NCBI GenBank assembly: GCA_030390025.1
Contig: CM059431.1
Coordinates: 108,254,001-108,318,000 of the forward strand
Source: Squalus acanthias
Taxonomy: Eukaryota
DNA length: 64,000 nt
Direction of reading: 5' to 3'
The position numbers and the translations under genes were made by a program. Under the pieces are notes generated by a model that saw only the letters and a list, made by a program, of their open reading frames with translations, had not been told where the DNA came from and made no database searches. Every line of letters begins with the position of its first letter. Position 1 is the first letter of the stretch. Shown here piece after piece: positions 27,309 to 38,085 of this stretch.

Positions 27309-29100
27309 TATATGTATTTTGATGAGATTAGACTGTTAATTTCATGTCACGGTTTGGACTATGCCAGATTCACAGCAAAACTAATGAATGGTGCATCAGC
27401 AGTGGGAAACCCAATATTGCAGAAGAAGAATAGTAGCTTATTCTAAAATATGGTCTGTAGTTGACATCAATGAATTGCTATTGATGCCATTTCCAGGCAA
27501 GGTGTTGGCAGAAACAGTTTAAACCATGAGCCGAGGCATTGCCAGATTCATTTTGGGACAGTTTGTGTATTCTCATTTTTCTTGGGGTGCTAGATGTGAC
27601 CCTTTTTGATGAATCGCTGAGTTTCACCACACTAGGAATGGATTTACCTTCAAGACCCAGCTACCTTTCAACAGTGATCGAAGCAATGTCACGTCCTCCT
27701 TGACTCACCTCAATTAGCCAAAATCTATCTGAAGCTTGTTCTCGGAAGAAAGTGTCTGCCAGGCTGAAAGGGTGAAGAGGGTTATGCCTACTTATGGTTG
27801 TATAAAATATTCATAAATGTATTCACAATGTAGAAGACTTGGCCTGAAGAACGATTAACATGGTGCAATTTTCCAGCTGTTTGTAACGCTTCTAATAGCA
27901 ATACAAGCCTGGATATTATTTAGGATATTAGTGTACATTATTTTATTGTACTTTATTTCTTTACTTACAATTTTAACAGAAACATTAACCTATTTAAAGG
28001 GAACAGGTTACAATAGCAGACAAAGAAATGTCAATGAACACATTAAATGTTCACAAGCTAATATCGCAAACAGTAATAAACAGATAGAGTTAATCTTTTT
28101 TTGTGGACGTAGAATAAATAGTGTTATTGATCCGGGCGAGTTGTCATTCTAAGCTATGATTCTTTAAGGTGCCTGGAGCTTTGCAAGAACACAGTCTAAA
28201 ATAGGAAAAATTGCAGAAATAAAATGTGAAAACACACAATGAGCCAGTCAACATTCGAAAGAGAAGTACAGGCTAAAGGTACAGGGAATACCCCCTTCGT
28301 CCAGCTAAAATGTTAAAAGGGTTTTTTTTTTCTTATAGATACTGATTGACCTGCTTAGTGTTTCCAGATGATTTTTTTTTAATATTCAGATGTTTTTCTC
28401 TACTTTCAGAAGCTAGCCACAGATTGGGGAAATTTGCTCATTCATTTTTAAAAGTCTTAGTTTTGCATTTTAATATAATTATGAGTTTAACAAGCAAACT
28501 TCAGGATAAGGATAGTAGATGTGATTTGGACAGGTCTTTGACATTATACCGAGACACTAATGCCCAAATACGAACCATATGATTGACATATATCAAAGAA
28601 GATATTGGAAACAGCTCGTGAATAGCAACAGACTGAAGAGAACTACCCACTCCCATCCTACAATTTATTTTCTGTTTTCAAGTATTCAAACACAGATTGG
28701 GTGTTTGGGGAAAGAAAGGATGGATAAGCTGGTGCTTCCTAGTTACTGCATTTTTTTGTGTGTTCTTCTCTTTCCCCAAGTCTCTACCTCTGCTTCATGG
28801 GTTTCTGTCTCCTCCGCAGATCTGCCCTGTGTGTATGGGTCTCACTGATTTTTCTCTGTTAGTTCCTGCACCTGTTCTCTTGTGCGTTCATTGCTCATCT
28901 ATAAGTCCGTGCCTTTGCTCTGTGGGTCACTTGGTCTGTACTCAGTTTAAAAACACCGTAAACACAAGTGTCACGAAGCTCCCCTGTGCCAACTTGAGGA
29001 ATGTGGAGAAATTGGGATGTGAACTAAACAGAAGCTGTTTGATACGTGCGAGAAGGTCAGCTCTTGGTTCACCACCGCACCCAAGGCATTCTACAACAAC

Positions 29101-29861
29101 GGCCCGGATTTTCCGGGGTCCGTGACCGCGTTCACACAGTGCACGCGGCCGTAAGCGCCCCGCAAGTTCAGGGTTTCCGCAGGCGATGCGCATGTGCGAA
29201 AACCCGGGACTTGTGATGTCAATTTTCATCTTGACCAATCGTACGAATCTGTAGGAAATGGACATCCGCGGGCGGAGAGTTGGGCTATTTGCCCAACTGC
29301 TGCCCAGCGAATGCCCGTGAAACTCTTACGCCTGGTAAAAGCAGGCGTAGGGCCTTCTTTTACCAGCGTAAGAGTTATAAAAAATGTAATTTAATATTTA
29401 TTTAATCACTTAAACTTTAAAAAAAACTTTAAAATTAGTTCAGGTTATTTTGGACCTTTTAAAAATGTTTAAATTTATTTTTCAAAATATTAAATTTTTG
29501 TTTTAAATGTTTAATTACATTGTATTTTAATTAATTTTGACCATGTAATGATTTATTTTTATTTAAGTTGTGTGAAATTTGTGTTTCTTATTTGATTCCT
29601 ATTCATGCTTATGGAGATTCTGTACGTAAATGGAAACCCCATAAGCATAATGGAAATCCCCCTTTCTCATTGGTTGGGCCGGCCCACGTGATCCCAGGGA
29701 CGCTTGCAAACCGCGTACGCCCCTGGGATACGTGGGCCTTTACACCTGCAGGCCCAGGAGCGCGAGTCTTCGCAGGTCCGGGACCATCAAGTAGGTTCGT
29801 ACTTTTATTGCGGTTCGGATGCATTCGCCCATGGGAAGCCTCCGACCGCAAATTCTGGCCC
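29101..29861. mobile_element. MITE family A-related copy
   Basis: Termini GGCCCGGATTTTCCGG / CCGCAAATTCTGGCCC; flanks AAC/AAT; same internal hairpins as 13334-14092. Confidence 0.75.
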
Positions 29862-31342
29862 AATGTTCTTCTACATCCATGATAACATTAGGGCAGGGTA
29901 TGAACTGAGCATCTACAGTGCAGTCTAGTACAATTAGCATGCAGTGATCGTAGCTACAATGCCTCGAGAAAAGCTTGGCTGCATGACTACCTCACCAATA
30001 CGGACTTTAGGCTGCATTTGCTAAATTTGTGTATTGTTACCTGTCTGTTGTGTCTTTTGATGCGTATATGCAACCAACAACCTTTGAAACCAGAAAGGGA
30101 AGTCTAAAGGGAGTGCTTTCTATTCAATATACTTTTCATCCTTATATAAATAATTCATGATGACAAACACGAAATACTGCTGAACTTCTGGTCCAATAGC
30201 AGGGCTGCCAACTTAGGGTTCCTTCACTGCAGTAACATTGCAGATGTGGAGAAGGGTTATGTAGGGGCAGCTCCATTCACTGCAGTGAGTGCTGCCTCCT
30301 ACTGAAGGCAAGTAGCCATGCAGGACCATGGTGGCACCTTCCCAGCAATGGAATCATCACTTCAGCTCTGGAAGAAAGGAGACCCAAAATAGCAGGTCCA
30401 GTGAACAAGAAATAAAGCATTAAGTACTGGTAATATACATATTTGTAGGTTCTTTCCCTGGGCATTCCTTTACCTTTAAGGTTGACAAATATATTTAGTA
30501 CCAGTAAAGCCTTGTTTTATTTGCTCTTAACTGATATAGCCTCATCTCTTTGATGGGACATATTCTGATATCGTGTACGTACACCAAATTGCCTCTTACA
30601 CAGGGGACAGAGAAGGAAACAAAGACATAACTCACACAAATTGAGAAGAGATACAGCGGAGGTCTTTTAAAAATGGGAAGACCAATTAATTGGGTTATTT
30701 AATTTAATTTAAACAGTGATCACAAAACTAGAGGGCTTATGCACTAGGTTAGTAAGCCTCAAACAAGACAAGGGATTAGAAGATTTTTCCTCTCACTGAC
30801 TGGTAGCTATGTGGAATAGACTCTGAACAATTGTAGTTAATCGTATGTTGCTTATACCTCCATTTAATAAATAGCTGGATAAAAAAAAAAATCTGGTTAA
30901 AGACAGGTTTGGAGATTATACGGGTAAGGTTAGACATAATGTAATTAAGTATGGAACATAATACCTCCTCTGCTGGGACCATGGAAATGTCATCTGTGGA
31001 ATTGAACAAGTCAAGGCTGACTATGCAGGTTGAAATGTTAGGCTGACATTCTGGAGTTCAGACGAATATCTTCAGGGAGCAGGGAGAAATTTCACAAGAA
31101 GTTTACCTCTCATTATTCATCTCCCTCAGGACAGTAAATAGGTCAGGCAGTTTCCAAATTACCAGTACTTAAAATGCTTGATATCTTGGAGATCTGCCAT
31201 TTTGAGTTTCTTTTCTTCCAGAAGTGCTGTGGTGATGCCATTGGTGGGAAGGAGCGGACATGGTCCTGCAGTGGATACTCGGCTTCAGGAGGGAGCAGTA
31301 CTCATGGTTGGAAGGAGTTGGGCAGATGATTCAAAAGATATT

Positions 31343-32030
31343 GGCCCATATTTTCTGATCACAGGCCTCCCTTGTGTCTGCGATCTGGAAAAATCTGCGC
31401 CCTTACCTGAGGGCTCCCAGGATGCACACGCTTCCGATCCTGGGCCTCTCCAAACTCCAAGTGCGCAGGGCCCACATATCCCAGAGGCGCATGTAGTGGG
31501 CCATGGGGAGCCAATCAAAGAAGGGAATCTCCTTTCATACACTTGACAGGAAGACCTGTCAAATATATGAATGGCGATCACCACAAAAACATAGTAAAAC
31601 TTTAAATAATTTTTTTTTTTAAATCACATTTTCAAAATGACTTGAAATTACAATAAATTAAGTATTTTGAAAAAAATTTAAGTTTTTTTACAGGGCTAAA
31701 AATAAAATTACCATTTTTAAAAGATAAATCAGTGAAAATTTTTGATTTACTTTTTTTCCACTCTTATCCTGGTAAAAGAAGGCCGTGCTTTTACCAGGCG
31801 TAAGAATTGTAAGGGTTTTCTGCGGGCGGAGGGTCTCCAAAAAGCGGAACTATCCGCCCGCAGAGGCCCTTCTCCCGGGCAGCCGGAGGATCTGTCAAGA
31901 CCATTCTTGACAGATCGGAAATGCGGGTTTTCAGCGCATGCGCAGTGCATGCCTGAAACCGGCATTTCCGACGTCCCTACGGGTGTGTACACAGCGCGTC
32001 CCCACCCGTAGGGATCGGAATATCTGGGCC
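31343..32030. mobile_element. MITE family A-related copy (inverted relative to 13334-14092)
   Basis: TIRs GGCCCATATTTTCTGATC / GATCGGAATATCTGGGCC; ATT duplicated at 31340-31342 and 32031-32033. Confidence 0.85.
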
Positions 32031-34277
32031 ATTTAAAAAAAAAAACACACAATAAGCCAGAAACCTGGCAAAAGCTGAGACAGCTCTGAACAAAGCTGAT
32101 AGCGCCAAAGCGTCGCTGAATATGTGCCTACCACATATATGCACATTGAAACGGCAGTGGCTTATGGATTTATCATACTACAGGTTTACCCAGCATTCCA
32201 TCACTTGCGTAGTGGAATTTTGTGGCAAAAATTGCAAGGATTTTCTCTCATTTCTTACTCAAGAATCGTGGCTACGTATTGGTGCTCTTTGTTGTTCACT
32301 TTGATTCTGCGGAGTTGTCCTACCATTGTCACAAAGGTTCCGGGGTTGATATTAAACTTACCCATCCAGTGGAAACTGGGCAGTGAAATAAAAAGCAGGT
32401 TTCTTATCTTCTCGGCACCCAAATATTTCCAACCGTTTGCGATGTTAACCTGCAGGGTTTTGCAGGCAGATGTGGCCCCCACCTAAAGCAGGCAAGAGCC
32501 TCATACATTTATGCAAATTGGGGTAGTATTACATCATTCGGACCATACTGCAATTTTAACCAGGGCCTGAGCAGGGAAGGTTATCGTGGCTTCCTCACTA
32601 GGCAGAAACAACTGGGTTGAAGGCAGAAGAGGCTTTCTAGTAAGTCCAAAACTTTCTTTTGTGGGGCCAGGAGGAGCAGGTGTGCTCTTCTAGGTCTCAC
32701 AAGGAAAGTTGCGGCCTCCCCCGACCCAGACTCCCCACCCCCACGAGGTCGCCCGATCTTCACCTGCCGGCATCCGCTCTGCGCCCTCTTCAAACCCATT
32801 ACATGTGGAAAATCAACTGGCCAAAGTTTTTCCCACTCCCCCCAAGTTCACAGAATCACTTTTCTTCTGTCTAACTCCAGTAATGTAATAGCAATTGTAA
32901 TGGGTATATTGTACATTATGCACAAGCTTTATTTTCTAGGTGGGACCCCCCCCCCCCAGAAATAGTTTGATTTTTGACATTTTATTTTGCGCATTTTCGG
33001 AGTAGACATTTACATACACATTTTATATTATATACACATTACTTTACTGGTGCAAAGACACACAATACCAAACAAGGTGCCACAGTGTGTTTATCCAGTG
33101 ACTCACCGTCAGGCCAAGGAGGTTATGGGAGCAGGAGACCAGGAACAATGGAACGCCAGCAGAAATAGCAAAGGAATCATCAGTCGAAGAGGTGCTGCTG
33201 ACAAAATGAGAGCAGGAGTGGAAGAGACGGGTAGATAATCTGCAACCAGGAGAAGGAGGAAGGGGGGAAGTGACAGAGCTGTAGCTCGAGAACCAGCAGC
33301 AGTAACAAGAGTTTTGTATTAACTAAAGACTTTATAGTAAAAGCTGATTGCACCTCTCCTGTTCCAGATATTTGCGTCTCTCTGGTTGCTGCTAGATCTC
33401 TTGTTGTAGGCTCCTCTGCTGCCCCTCTCGCTACTGATTCTGCCACTTTTGCAGCAGGAGGGGGAACCATGTTGGGTAGGGAACTACAGAAAGGAAGTGA
33501 TGTCATATGAAAGTGACTTGCAGTTTTGCATTAGGTTCTAACAAGCTATATTGACACTTAGGAATGCCAACAATCACTAAAACAGATTATCTGGTCATTG
33601 CTGCTTATAGGACCTTGCTGTGCGCAAATTGGCTGCCATGCTTCCTACATTATAACAGTGACTGCACTTCAAAAACTACTTAATTGGCTGTAAAGCGGTT
33701 TGGGATGTTCTAAGGCCATGAAAGGCGCTGTATAAATACAAGTTATTTCTTACCCTCCTTCCACAGGTCAAACACTTCTCTCCCTAATACTCCTTTTTCC
33801 ATAGCATCCAACTCCTACTTACTGCAGATTTGCTCCAGACTCCTGCTAGCTATGGGTAGGAATTCCTGATCTTCCAAAACAATCGCAAGATTAGGAATTC
33901 CTAAGTGTCAATGAAGCTTGTTAGAATCTAATACAAGTCATTTTGAAAGGACATCACTTCCTGTCACCATCTGCTTTCTGCAGAGTTTGATCCCTGGCAT
34001 CTGAAGCAACAGTTAGGTTTGCAACTCATAAAATTGACCTGCAGCAGTTCATAGGGGAATGTTTAAATTGTTGCTGATTTTCATTTATAAATAGGGACAC
34101 AGATCCTGACTACTGATATTTAGGAATGCCAACATCACAAACTGATTATCCAGTCATTATCATCTTGCTGTGCACAAATTGGCTGCCACATTTCCTACAT
34201 TACAACAGTGACTGCATTTCAAAAGTACTTCGCTGTAAAGCGCTTTGGGACGTCCTGAGGTTGTGAAAGGCGCTATA

Positions 34278-35610
34278 GATATCAACCATGAGGGATTATG
34301 GAGTGTCCTCCTCAAATTCGGCTGCCCCCAAAAGTTTGTCACCATCCTCCGCCTACTTCACGACGACATGCAAGCCGTTATCCTGACCAACGGATCCACC
34401 ACAGACCCAATTCACGTACCGACCGGGGTCAAGCAAGGCTGTGTCATCGCACCAACGCTCTTTTCAATCTTCCTTGTTGCAATGCTCCATCTCACCCTCA
34501 GTAAGCTCCCCGCTGGAGTGGAGCTAATCTACAGAACAAACGGGAAACTGTTCAACCTCCGTTGCCTCCAGTCCAGATCCAAGGTCGTCCCATCCTCTGT
34601 CATCGAATTACAGTATGCAGACGACGCTTGCATCTGCGCACACTCGGAGGTTGAACTCCAAACCTTCGTCAACACCTTCACCGAAGCGTACGAGAGCATA
34701 GGCCTTATACTAAACATCCAGAAGACAAAGGTCCTCTACCAACCAGCCCCCGCCACACAGTACTGCCCCCCGATTATCAAAATCCACGACAAGGCCTTGG
34801 ACAACGTGGACCACTTTCCATACCTCGGGAGCCTACTGTCAACAAGGGCAGTCGTCGATGATGAAGTCCAACACCGCCTTCAGTGTGCCTGTGCAGCCTT
34901 CGGTCGCCTGAGGAAGAGAGTGTTTGAAGACTAGGACCTCAAATGCGGCACCAAGCTCATGGTCTACAGAGCAGTAGTGATACCCGCCCTGCTGTATGCT
35001 TCAGAGACATGGACCATGTACGGCAGGCACCTCAAAGCACTGGAGAGGTACCACCAACGCTGCCTTCGCAAGATCCTGCAAATCCATTGGCAGGATAGGT
35101 GCACCAACGTCAGTGTTCTCAGTCAGGCCAACATCCCCAGCATCGAAGCTTTGACCACGCTCGATCAGTCCGATGGACGGGCCACATCATCTGCATGCCC
35201 GATACAAGACTCCCAAAACAAGCGCTCTATTCGGAGCTCCAACACGGCAGGAGAGCCCCAGAGGGGCAGAGGAAATGCTTCAAGGACACCCTCAAAGCCT
35301 CCTTGAAAAAGTGCAACATCCCCTCCGACACCTGGGAATCCCTGGCCCAAGACCACTCAAAGTGGAGGAGAAGCATCCGGGAAGGCGTCAAACACCTCGA
35401 GTCTCTTTGGAAGCCAAGCGCAAACAGTGGAAGGAGCGCACGTCAACCCAAGCACCCAATCCACCCGCCCCTTGAACCACTGTCTGCCCCACCTGTGACA
35501 GAGACTGTAGGTCCCGCATTGGACTCACCAGTCACCTGAGAACTCATTTTTAGTGTGGAAGCAATTCATCCTCGGTTCCGAGGGACTGCCTAAGAAAGAG
35601 AAGAAGAATA
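34278..35610 (+). mobile_element. 5'-truncated RTE-clade LINE
   Basis: RT motifs GVKQGCVIAPTLFS, QYADD, FPYLGS, AFGRLRKRVF and RTE-type C-terminus (RLPKQALYSEL); one stop at 34932 and frameshifts; short purine-rich tail; sits inside the tail of a Deu-SINE. Confidence 0.88.
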
Positions 35611-35839
35611 AATGCAAGTCTTTCTTTATGTAAAACACGGGCAATTGGCATTCAACAAAATATGTTTTACTTTCAATTGGAAAAAAGGTTTTGTAAAACA
35701 AAAATAATTGCACATTCAATTCACATCTTAAACAAAACCATAATTTGAAACTTTACATGGTATAAACATGGTTAAGAATTCAGCTTCACTTTGGTTTGGC
35801 AGCAGTGACTAAGGTGACATCAGGGAAAAATAGAAAAAA

Positions 35840-35952
35840 GTCAAAGCTAAAGGCACTATATCTGAATGCGTGAAGGATTTGCAACAAAATAGATGAATTA
35901 ATAGCGGAGATAGAAATTAATAGGTTCAATCTAATAGCCATTACGGAGATGT
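35840..35952 (+). mobile_element. CR1 ORF2 AP-endonuclease fragment, left of provirus
   Basis: Translates LKALYLNA*RICNKIDELIAEIEINRFNLIAITEM and continues as WLQSNHGRELNIPGY right of the provirus. Confidence 0.85.
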
Positions 35953-37660
35953 TGTAAGGGATTCTCTCCTGACCCTGCGTGTCTCGTAGCCTGTGAGATT
36001 CACGCGGCTCTGTGCAGCCTGTATGTCAGTGCGGGTCTAGGCCTGGTCTCCAGCCAGTCTGGGAACACTAGACACCCCTGTGAGTGGTTCGAATCACTCT
36101 CCCTTACGGTTCTAGACACTGGACTTAGATGCGAGAGCAGTAATGGAGATAAAACTCATGTAGACTTGGTTTGAACGGTACGAAATGGAAAATCTTTATT
36201 GCATGATACTTAAAATTATGAAATACATGTCATATGCACAGATTAATGACAGTACAATCTTACAAACAGTTATAATCACTCTTAGGGAAACGAGGAACGA
36301 CCAGCACAACGTAAATAGGGCACACATTACAAATATCCTTAATCTTTAAACCCTCCCCTATCAATAACTATCCTAAAACTAGCTTCGTAGGACCTCGAGA
36401 CTCATGCTCACCACTCGTAATAACTCGGAGAAATCCCGAATAGCTGATCGGATGTTTTTCACCGCAGCACCCACGTGTTGGTCAGGAGATCTCCTGGTCC
36501 CACTTGTTTACTGCTTCTGCTGCTCGGTCAGTCGGCTGGACCGTCCGCTGTAGTGAAGACCTCTGTTGGTTGGATACAGGGTATGGTGGAGCACCGTTGT
36601 CAATATCGCTGATACGATGTGTTTACACAGTCCAGTTATCGTCGATGCAATATGTCTTGTTAAAGAAGAAAACTTCCTGTCGAGAAGACTTGGCTGATCG
36701 ACCTACAGGCGCGGTCGGGATTTACTGACCGTGGCGATGGATAAGGTCTTCTTCTCTTCTCCTCTCATCTCATCTCATCTCATCTCATCTCATCTCATCT
36801 CATCTCATCTCATCCCGGGCCTTCGGTTCCGCTGCCAGCTACCAACATAGGTCTTTGCAACAGTCTTTTACCCAGGAGCAGCCACGATGATAACAGCAAC
36901 AAGCGGCAAGAGTCAAGAACACGAGGCAAGCAGCAAGAGCAAGAGGCCAGAGCAAGAATCAAGAGAGCGAATGGACGGTTTGGGGCCTGCAATTATAGTG
37001 CACAGTTCTTCCGTTTCCCGCCCAACTACAATGTCCATTCTTTTGTTTAAGGTTTGGCGCCCAAATTATAGTGCACAGTTCTTCCGTTTCCCGCCCAACT
37101 ACAATGTCCATTCTTTTGTTTAAGGTTTGGCGCCCAAAATGTCCTGTATGGGTGATCTCTGTCCTTAATGGGTTTCGGGGCTACTCCTGAATGTTTGAGT
37201 ACCTGTTAATATTTCTCCCATTGTTAAATCGGTCGGTGTTCCCCCTGGAGGGGTTTGGGGCTTCCAAGTGTCCTGTATAACTACCTGCTAACGGCTCTCT
37301 CATCGTAGAGCCGTTGGGAGTTTACATACTAATGTCCTTTGGATGGGCCCTTGATGGCTTTCCTTTGTACCTGGGAGACCGATTCCAGTATCGATGTTTA
37401 TACTGTAAACCCATAATGTCCTGTGTATTGTCTTCACTGTGCTGAATCGTTATCGATCTTGCAAGAATGTTTATTGGAACGCCATCTTGTCTGCCTGCTG
37501 AAAAGTCTAGAATGTTCTGTCACGCGGTGCGGCGGCCATTTTACAGGCTGCTTGTGTCCAATTTAAACCTGACAGCATTCCGCTGAAATAAAAGCTGTTT
37601 TGAACGAAACTTGTGTTTTCTCCTTATTAAAATGAAATCGCGATAATTGCGAATTCTACA
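35953..37660 (-). repeat. 3' LTR (1708 bp)
   Basis: Direct repeat of 47042-48739; termini TGTA...TACA; (CATCT)9; 73-bp tandem duplication; minus-strand AATAAA candidates at 36195-36200 and 37470-37475. Confidence 0.97.
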
Positions 37661-37672
37661 GTCCCTCCTGTT
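37661..37672 (-). promoter_or_regulatory. Polypurine tract (short)
   Basis: Minus strand AACAGGAGGGAC directly abuts the TG of the 3' LTR. Confidence 0.7.
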
Positions 37673-38085
37673 GATGCGAATAACTCCGCTTATCGTATCA
37701 AAAATCTCAGTGGTGAGCAATCTTATCTCGATTTCACTCCGAATCCAGTAAATTAATCCCATAAAAATTTTAACTTCACTATGGTCTCTGTGTCGTCCTT
37801 ATTTCCCAAGAAAATCACATTTTATATCACCGTAGGCATCATTTGCCCTTAAACTTACACCACTTGTTTTCCTTCCCGGTGTAACCAGGCCGATACCTCA
37901 CGCATCACCTGTATATTTGTCTTTTATTCAAGGGAAGGAAAAACAAAACCCAAAAACCAAACAATCAACACCATCACCAAAATAAACAAATCCCGACTCT
38001 TAAACATGTCGAGTTTCCAACGTATTTACAATGGGTACAAACTTCCGCGGCGCACGTGGCGAGCGGGAGTGACGCCATTTTCCCA

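Noticed and set aside
36504..37123. Short ORFs in both LTRs (60-78 aa) as accessory genes
   Set aside because: Duplicated only because the LTRs are; short, low complexity, two of three antisense, with no recognisable motifs.
36991..37136. Direct repeats and palindromes as a CRISPR array
   Set aside because: Eukaryotic context; contiguous tandem units without unique spacers; no cas genes.
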